This document shows positions 53,428-62,480 of a DNA stretch of 64,000 nt, piece after piece. The position numbers and the translations under genes were made by a program. The notes beneath the pieces are model-generated. The model ran no database searches. It was given only the letters and a program-made list of their open reading frames with translations, and had not been told where the DNA came from. Each line of letters begins with the position of its first letter. The stretch's first letter is position 1. The stretch covers positions 704,001-768,000 of the forward strand of contig CAXXDQ010000007.1 of the NCBI GenBank assembly GCA_963664325.2, written 5' to 3'. The stretch is from Desulfomonilia bacterium. Lineage in GTDB: Bacteria; Desulfobacterota; Desulfomonilia; UBA1062.

Positions 53428-54422
53428 GTTTCCGTTTTGCATATCCTCTTTTGATGTGCGTTCTGCTCGGGCTGATCTTTGTGTGGCTGTTCCTTGAATT
53501 CAAGCGCAAGCCCGCATCAGCTGTTTTTTCCAACGCATCAACGCTTAAGAAGCTGATGGGAGGTGGAGAAAAAATCAAGGCACGCATGCCCCTTATCCTG
53601 ATCGCCGCCTCCATGATCATGCTTGCTTTCGCAGCAGGACGTCCGCAACTTTATAATGTCGAACATGAAACAATATCCCCCGGCGTGGATATAATACTCT
53701 GCCTGGATACATCAGGTTCAATGCAGGCAATGGACTTCGCTCTTGACGGCCAGCCTGCAATGCGTCTGACAGCCGTGCAGAAGGTGGTCAGCGATTTCAT
53801 CAAGAAGCGTGAACATGACCGCCTTGGCCTGGTAGTTTTCGGTGCAGAGGCTTATACGCAGGCGCCTCTTACGATGGACAAAGGGCTTCTTTTGCAGCTT
53901 GTTGACGGCATGCGCATAGGAATGGCCGGCGACAGCACTTCCCTGGGCGACGCCATCGCCATAAGCTCAAAACGTTTGAAAGACCTTAATGCGCCTTCAA
54001 AAATAATAATTCTGCTCACTGACGGCAGGAGCAATACAGGAAAAATTACACCCGATCAGGCTGCCGAGGCCGCAAAGGCGCTCGGGATAAAAATCTACAC
54101 GATAGGAGTGGGCGGGCATGGAAAGGCCCCGATCATGGTGGACACGCCTTTTGGCAGGCAGCTGGCCTATATTGATGCCGATCTTGATGAAGACGCTTTA
54201 AAAAATATAGCCGGAACCACAGGCGGCCGCTATTTCCTGGCATCCGACACAAAGGGCCTTGATGAGATCTATAATATCATAGACAAGGCCGAAAAGCGCG
54301 ATGTCAAGATAAAGGAATTTTTCAATTACAAGGAACTATACCGATGGCTGCTGATACCGGCACTTGTTCTTATGCTTGCCGGGCTCGGCCTTGAGATAAG
54401 CATATTCGGGGTGGCGCCGTGA
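53424..54422 (+). CDS. batA: VWA domain protein BatA
   Basis: F.FAYP N-terminus, MIDAS DTSGS, DRLGLVVF, LLTDG, YTIGVG; ATG 53424. Confidence 0.88.
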   Translation: MSFRFAYPLLMCVLLGLIFVWLFLEFKRKPASAVFSNASTLKKLMGGGEKIKARMPLILIAASMIMLAFAAGRPQLYNVEHETISPGVDIILCLDTSGSMQAMDFALDGQPAMRLTAVQKVVSDFIKKREHDRLGLVVFGAEAYTQAPLTMDKGLLLQLVDGMRIGMAGDSTSLGDAIAISSKRLKDLNAPSKIIILLTDGRSNTGKITPDQAAEAAKALGIKIYTIGVGGHGKAPIMVDTPFGRQLAYIDADLDEDALKNIAGTTGGRYFLASDTKGLDEIYNIIDKAEKRDVKIKEFFNYKELYRWLLIPALVLMLAGLGLEISIFGVAP

Positions 54423-55435
54423 GCTTTAATAATGCATGGATGCTTCATTTCCTGTGGCTCCTGTCCTTTGTTGCAGCAGGGCTTATAATTTCAGGACGTC
54501 TGAGGACAAACAGATTGAACAGAATCGCCGAACCTGAACTCCTGGAGCGCATAACAGGAAAACCTAGGCCGGGGGTGAGGTTCTTCAAGGGTGCTTTGAT
54601 TATCGTCGTTTTGGCTCTACTCATAACAGCTTTATCAGGCCCGCGATGGGGTTCCCATTATCAGGAGGTGTCCCAAAAGGGAGTTGACATAGTTCTTTGC
54701 GTGGATGTCAGCCCGAGCATGCTTGCATCTGATGTCAAGCCAGACAGGCTCGAGCAGGCAAAACGCGAGATCACGGATTTTATCAAGGTTGTCCAGGGTG
54801 ACAGGGTGGGTCTGGTGGCTTTTTCAGGAGATGCATTCCTGGAATGTCCGCTCACGCTCGATTATGCCGCACTTCAGATGTTTCTGGGCCAGATAGAACC
54901 GGGGCTTATCCCTGTACCCGGGACAAATCTGGGTGCAGCAATCGATAAGTCCGTTGAGGCGTTTGACTATAAAACCGCAACAGACAAGGTGATCCTTCTT
55001 GTTACCGACGGCGAGGACAATGAGGGCAAAGGTAAAGAGGCAGCTGAAAAGGCAAAAGCTAAAGGTATCAAGATTTATGTTTTCGGTATCGGAGCAACCG
55101 AGGGCGCACCTGTTCCTGAATCCGAAGGGGGAGGGTTTGCAAAAGACGAATCAGGCAACATGGTGCTTTCGAAGCTTGATGAAACAGGGCTTGAAAAGAT
55201 AGCATCCATTACGGGCGGCGGATATGTAAGGGCAGCAGCCGGAGACCTCGACCTTGACATGCTTTATTTTGCGGGCATCAAGGCGCACACAAAAGCGAGC
55301 GGACTGAAGAGCGGTAAAATAAAAGTATATGAGGACAGGTTTACAATTTTCCTTGCAGCAGCAATAATATTGATGCTTATCGAGAGAATGTTGAAGGAGC
55401 GCGGGAAACTGCCCGGTTTTAATAAAGGTAAATAA
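54419..55435 (+). CDS. batB: VWA domain protein BatB
   Basis: GPRWG, DVSPSM.A.DV.P.RL, PLT.DY, TDGED. Confidence 0.88.
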   Translation: MSFNNAWMLHFLWLLSFVAAGLIISGRLRTNRLNRIAEPELLERITGKPRPGVRFFKGALIIVVLALLITALSGPRWGSHYQEVSQKGVDIVLCVDVSPSMLASDVKPDRLEQAKREITDFIKVVQGDRVGLVAFSGDAFLECPLTLDYAALQMFLGQIEPGLIPVPGTNLGAAIDKSVEAFDYKTATDKVILLVTDGEDNEGKGKEAAEKAKAKGIKIYVFGIGATEGAPVPESEGGGFAKDESGNMVLSKLDETGLEKIASITGGGYVRAAAGDLDLDMLYFAGIKAHTKASGLKSGKIKVYEDRFTIFLAAAIILMLIERMLKERGKLPGFNKGK

Positions 55436-55437
55436 TT

Positions 55438-56295
55438 ATGAAGACCATCGTTATTACACTATTTCTGGCCGCATTTATCTTCATAGCATCTTTTAACAGT
55501 ACATATGCATCCAATCCGGACAGGCTGTACAAGAAAGGTCAGTACAAGGAAGCCCTGTCCGCATATGAAAAACTCGACATAGAAAACCCCAAAGACATAT
55601 CATACCGCTACAACAAGGGCTGTGCCGCGTATCAGCTCAAAGACTATAAAACCGCTCAGAGTGCATTTGCAAGCGTTTATCAGCGCGCAAAAGACAACAA
55701 CATGCGCTTCAAGGCCGCCTATAACCTGGGTGATACAGCCTTTCAGGCCGGTGACATGCAGTCGGCAGCATCCTTCTACAAGGAAGCCCTGAGAATGAAT
55801 CCTCAAAGTGCGGATGCGCGCTATAACCTGGAGCTCTCCTTGAAAAAGATAAAGGAAGATGAGGAGAAGAAGAAACAGCAGCAGCAAAACCAGCAGGACA
55901 ACAAGAACCAGGAAATGAAGGATAAGAACAAGCAGAACCAACAGGATAAAAATAATAAAGGCACTGATCAGCAAAAGACTCAACAGGACCAGAAGCAGCA
56001 GGACAAAAATGGCAATGATAATCAAAATAAGCAATCCGGGCAGCAGCAGGGACAGGACAGGAACAAGCAGCAACAGCATCAACAGCCCCAGAACCTTTCA
56101 GGCGAACTGAAAGCAATCAACCCTGCCCAGCAGAACAAAGAAGGGAAGGACGAGCCTGACCGGCAGCAGGCCAAATCACCGGACAAGGTAAAGGCCGAGG
56201 CGCTCTTGGGAAATATTCAGGAAGACCGTTCCCGCTTCCTGCAGCATCAGGCCCCGGAAAACAATCAGGCTCCGAAATCAGGGAAGTACTGGTAA
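55438..56295 (+). CDS. batC: TPR protein BatC with Q/N/K/D-rich low-complexity linker
   Basis: Signal peptide, YNKG/YNLG/ARYNLE TPRs, poly-Q region, C-terminal W. Confidence 0.82.
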   Translation: MKTIVITLFLAAFIFIASFNSTYASNPDRLYKKGQYKEALSAYEKLDIENPKDISYRYNKGCAAYQLKDYKTAQSAFASVYQRAKDNNMRFKAAYNLGDTAFQAGDMQSAASFYKEALRMNPQSADARYNLELSLKKIKEDEEKKKQQQQNQQDNKNQEMKDKNKQNQQDKNNKGTDQQKTQQDQKQQDKNGNDNQNKQSGQQQGQDRNKQQQHQQPQNLSGELKAINPAQQNKEGKDEPDRQQAKSPDKVKAEALLGNIQEDRSRFLQHQAPENNQAPKSGKYW

Positions 56296-56296
56296 A

Positions 56297-58048
56297 ATGA
56301 AATCATATATTAATACCATTTTCATATTGATATTCGTTTCATTTTTCAGCATCCCTTCAGTCCTTTTGGCGCAGACGAAGGTAAGGCTCTCGCTCGACCG
56401 GAGCGAGGCTTCAGCCTATGATACCGTGCAGCTCAGCGTAAGCGTTGAAGGAGGTTCCGGCAGCGACCCGGTCATACAGGGCCTTCAGGATTTCATCGTC
56501 AGCAAAGGCGGAACTTCTTCCCAGATACAGATAATCAACGGCCATATGAGCAGATCAAACGAGATAACATATTATCTGCAGCCGAAAAAATCCGGCGTTT
56601 TTACAATAGGACCAGCCAGTATAAGCGTTTCGGGAAGGACTATATCAAGCAATACCGTAAATCTGACAGTAACAAGACAGTCAGCAAACCCGGGCGGCGA
56701 CCTCAAAGGCCCCTTGAGGCTCATTGCATCCCTTTCATCGAACATAGCATATACCGGCCAGCAGATAGTCTATACGCTAAAGCTCTACCGCTCAGTCAGG
56801 GTGAGCGACGTTTCGGTTCAACTGCCAAAAACTCAGGGCATATCATTCAAACAGCTTGGGGATTCAAAAGAATACCAGACAACAATTGACGGTAATCCGA
56901 TCATGGCCGTCGAGGTCAACTACCTTCTCAGCATTTCAAAACCAGGAGAATACAGGCTTGAACCCTCAGGTATGCAGATGAACGTATTCGACCAGTCAAG
57001 ACGGAATTCCCGGAACCCCTTTGACGACCCGTTTTTCGGTGCCAGAGGAAGAACCGTGAGTGTTTCCTCGGAGGCCGTTAAATTGAGCATAAGAGATTTG
57101 CCGAAGGAAGGTAAACCCGCAAACTTCAGCGGACTTATCGGTTATTTTACCATAAAATCACAGCTCAACCCGGCTCAGGTAAAAACGGGAGACTCGGCCA
57201 ACCTGACCGTCGAGATCAGCGGTGCGGGCAATGTCAATCTCATACCCGACCTCAGGCTCCCTGAGATCGAAGGTCTAAAAGTCTACCCTGACCAGCCCAA
57301 GCTTGAATCCGAAACCACATCTGCGGGCGATTCAGGCAGAAAGACCATGAAATGGGCCATTGTTCCGCAAAAGCCAGGCGTGTATGAATTGCCACCGCTG
57401 AGCTTATCTTATTTCGACACAGGATCACACAGCTACAGGGAACTCGCATCACCGCAACTGAAACTCACAGTGGCAACAGGCCTTTCTCAGATGCCTCAAA
57501 ACACCCTTTCAGAAACGCCCGGGAAAGGGATAGCAGTTTTGCCGAAAACAGAGGTGGAGGAGCTAGGCAGGGACATCCTTCCGGTTCACACCGATGTCAG
57601 AGACCTTCAACAAGCCTTCAATATCACCGGGACACCGTTGATTGCCCTTATCGTCCTGGTTATCCCTTTAATAATCTGGCTGGCAATATTTGTCCTGCTG
57701 AGGCGCAGGCACATGGATTCAAAACACGCCGGTCTGGTAAGGTCTAAAAAGGCTGGGGACAAATTCTGTACAACTTCCGCCGGACAGGTCATGAATGCAA
57801 CCCAGACAATTGAAGCGATCAGGACATATTTCAACGACCGGTTCAGGCTGAACATCGGCATTATAACACCGGAAGAAGCGCAAAAGATTTTAATAACGAA
57901 CGGAGTGAGTGGTGAAACTGCTGATGAACTTGGCAAAATAATCGCAGGCCTTCAGCTGAAAGTTTATACGGGCGCCGGAGAAACTCAACTTAAGACAGAT
58001 GCAGACCTGCTCAGTCTGATCAGGCGCATTGACAGGGAGGCAAAATGA
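56297..58048 (+). CDS. batD: BatD family protein
   Basis: Signal peptide, QIING, G.FTIGPA, DPFF, G.GN, YFD, C-terminal TM. Confidence 0.85.
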   Translation: MKSYINTIFILIFVSFFSIPSVLLAQTKVRLSLDRSEASAYDTVQLSVSVEGGSGSDPVIQGLQDFIVSKGGTSSQIQIINGHMSRSNEITYYLQPKKSGVFTIGPASISVSGRTISSNTVNLTVTRQSANPGGDLKGPLRLIASLSSNIAYTGQQIVYTLKLYRSVRVSDVSVQLPKTQGISFKQLGDSKEYQTTIDGNPIMAVEVNYLLSISKPGEYRLEPSGMQMNVFDQSRRNSRNPFDDPFFGARGRTVSVSSEAVKLSIRDLPKEGKPANFSGLIGYFTIKSQLNPAQVKTGDSANLTVEISGAGNVNLIPDLRLPEIEGLKVYPDQPKLESETTSAGDSGRKTMKWAIVPQKPGVYELPPLSLSYFDTGSHSYRELASPQLKLTVATGLSQMPQNTLSETPGKGIAVLPKTEVEELGRDILPVHTDVRDLQQAFNITGTPLIALIVLVIPLIIWLAIFVLLRRRHMDSKHAGLVRSKKAGDKFCTTSAGQVMNATQTIEAIRTYFNDRFRLNIGIITPEEAQKILITNGVSGETADELGKIIAGLQLKVYTGAGETQLKTDADLLSLIRRIDREAK

Positions 58049-58803
58049 AACGTTGTTTAAAACCTTCCATTATAATCCTTCTATGCTTTATATGCTTTTC
58101 AGGAGCGGTTTATGCGTCAACTCCACAGGAAATATTCTTCCAGGCCAACCAGGCATACAAAAACGGCAATTACAGCGAAGCTCTCCGGTTATATTCGGAA
58201 CTTTCGAAACAGGGACAGAGTTCGCCTCATCTCTCTTACAACCTCGGCAACACTTATTTCAGGTTAGGAGATACAGGCAATGCAATCATGCATTATGAAA
58301 GGGCCAGAATATTCATGCCAAGGGATGCCAACCTCAACTTCAACCTCGGTTATGTCAGGGACAGGATACGCGACGCCATAGAACCTCCGTCACAACCGTT
58401 TGGAACAATATTCTTCTGGCTCGATTCATTCAGCCCCGATGAGATATTTATTATTTTCTCAATTATAAATTTCCTGTTCTTTTCAGTGCTGATTTTGAGA
58501 ATGTTCATGAATAAGGAATGGACGTTTATCGTGCTGATAATATTCCTTGTGGCATGGCTGGGAGCAGGCGTTTCGTTCGGCGTCAAATATTACCAGGTCG
58601 CAAGCGATAACCGTGCCGCAATTCTTGCACCCGAGGCCCCTGTGCTTGCCGGACCTGACTCTAAGGATACCGAACTGTTCAAACTCCATGCAGGAGCGAT
58701 AGTAAAAACCGAAAAAAAGGAAGGCTCCTGGTCCCTGATCAAGATACAAGGCGACAAACGAGGCTGGATTCCCGATTCATCGATAGGAATGATTAAAGGC
58801 TGA
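58045..58803 (+). CDS. batE: TPR + SH3b protein BatE
   Basis: ANQAY..G.Y, YNLGN.YFR, YERA, two TM helices, F.LH.G, GWIP. Confidence 0.85.
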   Translation: MKRCLKPSIIILLCFICFSGAVYASTPQEIFFQANQAYKNGNYSEALRLYSELSKQGQSSPHLSYNLGNTYFRLGDTGNAIMHYERARIFMPRDANLNFNLGYVRDRIRDAIEPPSQPFGTIFFWLDSFSPDEIFIIFSIINFLFFSVLILRMFMNKEWTFIVLIIFLVAWLGAGVSFGVKYYQVASDNRAAILAPEAPVLAGPDSKDTELFKLHAGAIVKTEKKEGSWSLIKIQGDKRGWIPDSSIGMIKG

Positions 58804-58865
58804 TTTTCACTCAACCGCATTCACCAAGCAAAATTTTGGATTTAAGAGCTCACCATAAATATTCT

Positions 58866-59041
58866 GTTCCGTTTTGCATTCAAGATGATGTCTGGGAGGC
58901 GAGGAGGAAGCAGCGCAGGCATACATTTACGTATGTCGAGCTGCATTCCGACGAAGACGAAAATGGGATCACGAGCTTCGTGTTTCGCTCCTCAAGCCGA
59001 AGGCGAAGAGACAACGACAGCGCTTGCATGCGGAATGGAAC
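58866..59041 (+). other. Highly structured ~175-nt non-coding element (putative ncRNA or MITE/REP-like repeat)
   Basis: Ends pair (GTTCCGTTTTGCATTCAAG / CTTGCATGCGGAATGGAAC) and enclose several hairpins; lies between convergent genes. Confidence 0.65.
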
Positions 59042-59044
59042 CAA

Positions 59045-59566
59045 TCACAGTTTTCCGTCAAGTTTCTCCGCCACTTCCGCCTTGCAGTTACGGCACGTTT
59101 TCGCGCCGCGGAAAAGAGGATTGCCGCATTCTGGGCAGTGATAGCGTTCACAGACCGAGCGCGCCCATTCGATGCTGCCCTTTTCATCACCAAGTTCGTC
59201 TACTTTTTCACGCCATACCGGAATCGTGCTTTTCATAACCCGCCTGCCCGTAGCGAATCCGAAATTCTCAATCGTTTCACAGGGCCATTCGCTGCACTGA
59301 TGGCATGAATAAAATCCCTTTGCCCTTACACAGTCCCTGATAGCGCACATGGAGCAGTAGCCGTAGAGCTTTTCCGGCAGATCAGGCTGCATGCAGCCCA
59401 GACATTGGGTTTCTTCGGGCTTAGTGCCATAAAGGTTGCCCATTACGGCCTTGAACTTTTCATTATTGTCGCGGGTTGCTATATAGACCCCGCAAGCCCC
59501 GCAATACAATCCGCATGGCGCCATGAGATTCTTGTTTCTTATCTCGTCCTCACTCCATCCTTCCAT
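59045..59566 (-). CDS. DUF3795-like Cys-rich protein with C-terminal zinc ribbon
   Basis: APCGLYCGAC, C.GC, C.IR.C, C..C..WPC, then CPEC...CRNC; AGGAG RBS. Confidence 0.85.
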   Translation of the reverse strand: MEGWSEDEIRNKNLMAPCGLYCGACGVYIATRDNNEKFKAVMGNLYGTKPEETQCLGCMQPDLPEKLYGYCSMCAIRDCVRAKGFYSCHQCSEWPCETIENFGFATGRRVMKSTIPVWREKVDELGDEKGSIEWARSVCERYHCPECGNPLFRGAKTCRNCKAEVAEKLDGKL

Positions 59567-59590
59567 ATCATTCTCCTTCTTGAATTTACC

Positions 59591-60235
59591 TCACCTTATT
59601 ACATGGCCTATCCTGCCAAGCCTTTTGATGATATTGTCCTTATCCCAGGAAAAATACAGGATCAGGGCTTTACCCTTGATATTTTGTATGGAGAGAGGCC
59701 CCCAGAACCGGCTGTCAAAACTGTTGTCCCTGTTGTCACCCATGACAAAGACCATGCCCTTGGGAATTGTGATTTCCTGCATATTGTCTCTTACGGCCGA
59801 TTCCCCCCCGTTAATTATATTCGGATCGGCATATTTTTCATGCCCGAGAATAAGCTCCTTTCCGTTTACAAATACCTTCTTGTCCTTGACTGCAACTTTC
59901 TCTCCTGGCAATCCGACTACACGTTTGACAAAATCCACAGACTTATCAAGTGGAAATGAAAATATGACTACATCACCCCTTTTAGGTACAATATCCTTCC
60001 CCCATATCTTATCCGTGGTGAAAGGTATGGTCGAGCCGTAGTTGAATTTGGTTGCCAGAAGCCAGTCGTTCTTAAAGACCGTATCTTCCATGGATGAACT
60101 CGGCACCCAATAGGAGCCCAACAGGAACGCCTTGATTATCATTGCCAGTACAAAGGCCACGACAAGGGCTTCGCCCCATTCGCGCAGCACGCCTTTTTTC
60201 CCTTTTTTACCGGGTTCGTTCGCAGATTTCTCCAT
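59591..60235 (-). CDS. lepB: Signal peptidase I
   Basis: PSSSM (catalytic Ser), RGDVVIF, FVKRVVGLPG (Lys), MGDNRDNS.DSR.WG. Confidence 0.96.
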   Translation of the reverse strand: MEKSANEPGKKGKKGVLREWGEALVVAFVLAMIIKAFLLGSYWVPSSSMEDTVFKNDWLLATKFNYGSTIPFTTDKIWGKDIVPKRGDVVIFSFPLDKSVDFVKRVVGLPGEKVAVKDKKVFVNGKELILGHEKYADPNIINGGESAVRDNMQEITIPKGMVFVMGDNRDNSFDSRFWGPLSIQNIKGKALILYFSWDKDNIIKRLGRIGHVIR

Positions 60236-60407
60236 TAATCAGACTCCACTATTCTTTTAGTCATAAAACAATAATCCCTGAAGAATCCCTGATTATCAGG
60301 ACACGGTTGAATCAATTATAACGATCAACCACGTGTATATTGCATTCGGATTTGTTCCCTGTCGGTTCATACCGGTTCAAACGACAAGATAAAACATGCA
60401 GGCAGCG

Positions 60408-61310
60408 TCACGGGGTAAGTTGCAGATTAAACCAGTTGCTCAAATCCCACTGATCCCCGTCTGTAATGGCAAAATTCGCCGATGTGCTGCTGAGCGTTAC
60501 GGCACATGATGTGGTTACGGTATCGTCATCCCCTTCGATATAGCCAAGTGTCAAATTGCCGGATATCCACACCCCGGCCGAATCAGAGGTCGGGCTTCCC
60601 GTCACGCTGAATCTGAAGCCGCCTTCTATAACCTGACCGGAAACCGTGAAAGTCAGACTGTTGTTCTGAAAAGTATAGGATTTGTAGCCGTAAGAACTGT
60701 TGTCGACAGATAAATCTCCCGAGAGCGAATATATCGTATTGGCTGACGAATTATCAATACCGATTGAGTAAGCAAGATATGAAACCTTTTTATATGCTAT
60801 AAGTGAATCGGAAATGTTGATGTCCAATGTCGGCACGGTAACGGTCATCTTATTAAACGCCAAAGTCTGAGAGTTGAACGTATCGGCGCTTACATTTATC
60901 GTCCCTGTAAAGCTCCTCTTCTGTGAGGAATCCCCGTATCCGTTCAACTCCAGATGGGCGTCCAAAGTGGAAGGAGGAAAAGTTCCCGTAGTGGTGATCG
61001 TACCCGTCACATTCGCGGGAGGGACAAATCCTGTCGGCGGATTCGACAGGCTGATGGAATTTTGAGGGGTGATTCCCTGTTCGATGCAATATTTAATATA
61101 ATTAGTCAGGCTATTCTGAATATCGGCAATGAATATCATTATGCCGGCAATTGCAACATCATTCATGGGATTAAGGGGTTTAGTGGTGCTGTAGGCCTGG
61201 TAAAGCGCGATCTGGAAATCATCATTGCTGATAGAACTTGACCCGTCACCGCAGCCGTAAAAAGTAAAAGTTGCTAAAATTATCATGGCTAGAATTATCG
61301 TCTTTTTCAT
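60408..61310 (-). CDS. Hypothetical lipoprotein, Ser/Thr/Gly-rich beta-type
   Basis: MKK + hydrophobic core + FYG|C lipobox followed by GDGSSS linker; start could be 61310, 61316 or 61319. Confidence 0.75.
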   Translation of the reverse strand: MKKTIILAMIILATFTFYGCGDGSSSISNDDFQIALYQAYSTTKPLNPMNDVAIAGIMIFIADIQNSLTNYIKYCIEQGITPQNSISLSNPPTGFVPPANVTGTITTTGTFPPSTLDAHLELNGYGDSSQKRSFTGTINVSADTFNSQTLAFNKMTVTVPTLDINISDSLIAYKKVSYLAYSIGIDNSSANTIYSLSGDLSVDNSSYGYKSYTFQNNSLTFTVSGQVIEGGFRFSVTGSPTSDSAGVWISGNLTLGYIEGDDDTVTTSCAVTLSSTSANFAITDGDQWDLSNWFNLQLTP

Positions 61311-61333
61311 TTTCATCACTCCCTTAATTTTGA

Positions 61334-61361
61334 ATTATACCTTTTGCCCTGGAGTTTTCAA
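61334..61361 (-). promoter_or_regulatory. Putative sigma70 promoter for the lipoprotein gene
   Basis: TTGAAA-16 nt-TATAAT just upstream of the AAGGGAG RBS. Confidence 0.45.
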
Positions 61362-61364
61362 GTC

Positions 61365-62036
61365 TCAAGCATTAATTTTAAAATCAATGTCATGGCTTTC
61401 ACGCATTAAAGCCTTTACCGCCACGATGAAAGAGTGTTCAGAAAATTCCGGCATTATGTCAAGGATGCCCGTGGGAGATTTAACGTCATCACCGAAAACC
61501 CTTTCATAAAGCCCGGTACTGACAGTCAGTGGGATTACACCCTGCAGGAGGAAGAACCCTTTTTTTCTTACCTGTGCGGCCCCCATGATCTTCCGGCCCA
61601 TGCATGTAAGTTCAAGCTGTGCGGCCCTCTCAAAACATATGTTGGAAAAAGTTCCTTCCGAGGCATTGAGTTCGGCTTCAATACCGCAAACGCTGAAGGC
61701 CTCAAGTAATATCCCGGAAATCTGTCTGTAGGTATTAAGAATATCACCATTGAACGGATCCAGGACAGACGAACTGATGCTGAAGGTTAAGTCATTGTAA
61801 TGAAGCACGGCACCGCCACCGGTGGGACGCCTGATTATCGGTATTTCAAGGCTTCTATCAGAAAAGCGAAATTCTTTTTGATGGAAACCTATAGTTACCG
61901 CAGGTTTATCCCAGTTATAAAACCTTATTGCCCCAGGAATTACATTATCGATAACATTATTGAATATATTTTCATCCCTGGCCATGTTCATTTCAGATGG
62001 ATACCTGCCGTCGGAAATAAAAAACCAGGGGGTCAT
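61365..62036 (-). CDS. Lipoate-protein ligase A family protein (LipM-like octanoyltransferase)
   Basis: NMA.DE, RFY.W..P, RRPTGGGAVLH, CF, GRKI.GAAQ. Confidence 0.88.
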   Translation of the reverse strand: MTPWFFISDGRYPSEMNMARDENIFNNVIDNVIPGAIRFYNWDKPAVTIGFHQKEFRFSDRSLEIPIIRRPTGGGAVLHYNDLTFSISSSVLDPFNGDILNTYRQISGILLEAFSVCGIEAELNASEGTFSNICFERAAQLELTCMGRKIMGAAQVRKKGFFLLQGVIPLTVSTGLYERVFGDDVKSPTGILDIMPEFSEHSFIVAVKALMRESHDIDFKINA

Positions 62037-62075
62037 CTTTCCCCCCTGGCGCTTTTGATCGGGATCATTTTTGAT

Positions 62076-62480
62076 TTAAATCTCTTCTATTATGAATAAC
62101 GGGTCACCATAACCGACCCTTTCACCGTCCTGCTTCAATATCGCCGATATGGTGCCGTCCACATGTGACTCGATCTCGTTCATCAGCTTCATTGCCTCGA
62201 TTACACATAGACATTGTCCCTTTGTAACCCTGTCACCCACCTGCACAAAGGGCTGGGCTTCAGGAACGGAAGCCCTGTAAAAAGTGCCGACAAGCGGCGA
62301 CGTGACTGTTACGGTCGGCCTTTCTTCGATTTTGGCCCTTGACCTTGATTCCGAAGATGTTTTCTCCGTGTGCTGATTTATTCCCCTTACGACATGGATC
62401 CTTTCAGGTGTCCATTCAAGCTCAACAATGTCTGTGCCCTTGATAAGATCGATTATGTCTTTGAGTGTTTTCAGGTTCAT
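62076..62480 (-). CDS. accB: Biotin carboxyl carrier protein of acetyl-CoA carboxylase
   Basis: SPLVGTFY, EAMKLMNEI biotinylation motif. Confidence 0.95.
   Translation of the reverse strand: MNLKTLKDIIDLIKGTDIVELEWTPERIHVVRGINQHTEKTSSESRSRAKIEERPTVTVTSPLVGTFYRASVPEAQPFVQVGDRVTKGQCLCVIEAMKLMNEIESHVDGTISAILKQDGERVGYGDPLFIIEEI

Noticed and set aside
55600-56116. Leu-rich antisense ORFs and CAG/CAA repeats that could suggest a repeat array
   Set aside because: Mirror of the BatC Gln-rich linker; no fixed repeat-spacer period, so not CRISPR or a VNTR
58836-59308. Several 74-117 aa ORFs across the batE-DUF3795 gap
   Set aside because: Overlap the DUF3795 gene, lack RBS and motifs; region better explained as a structured non-coding element
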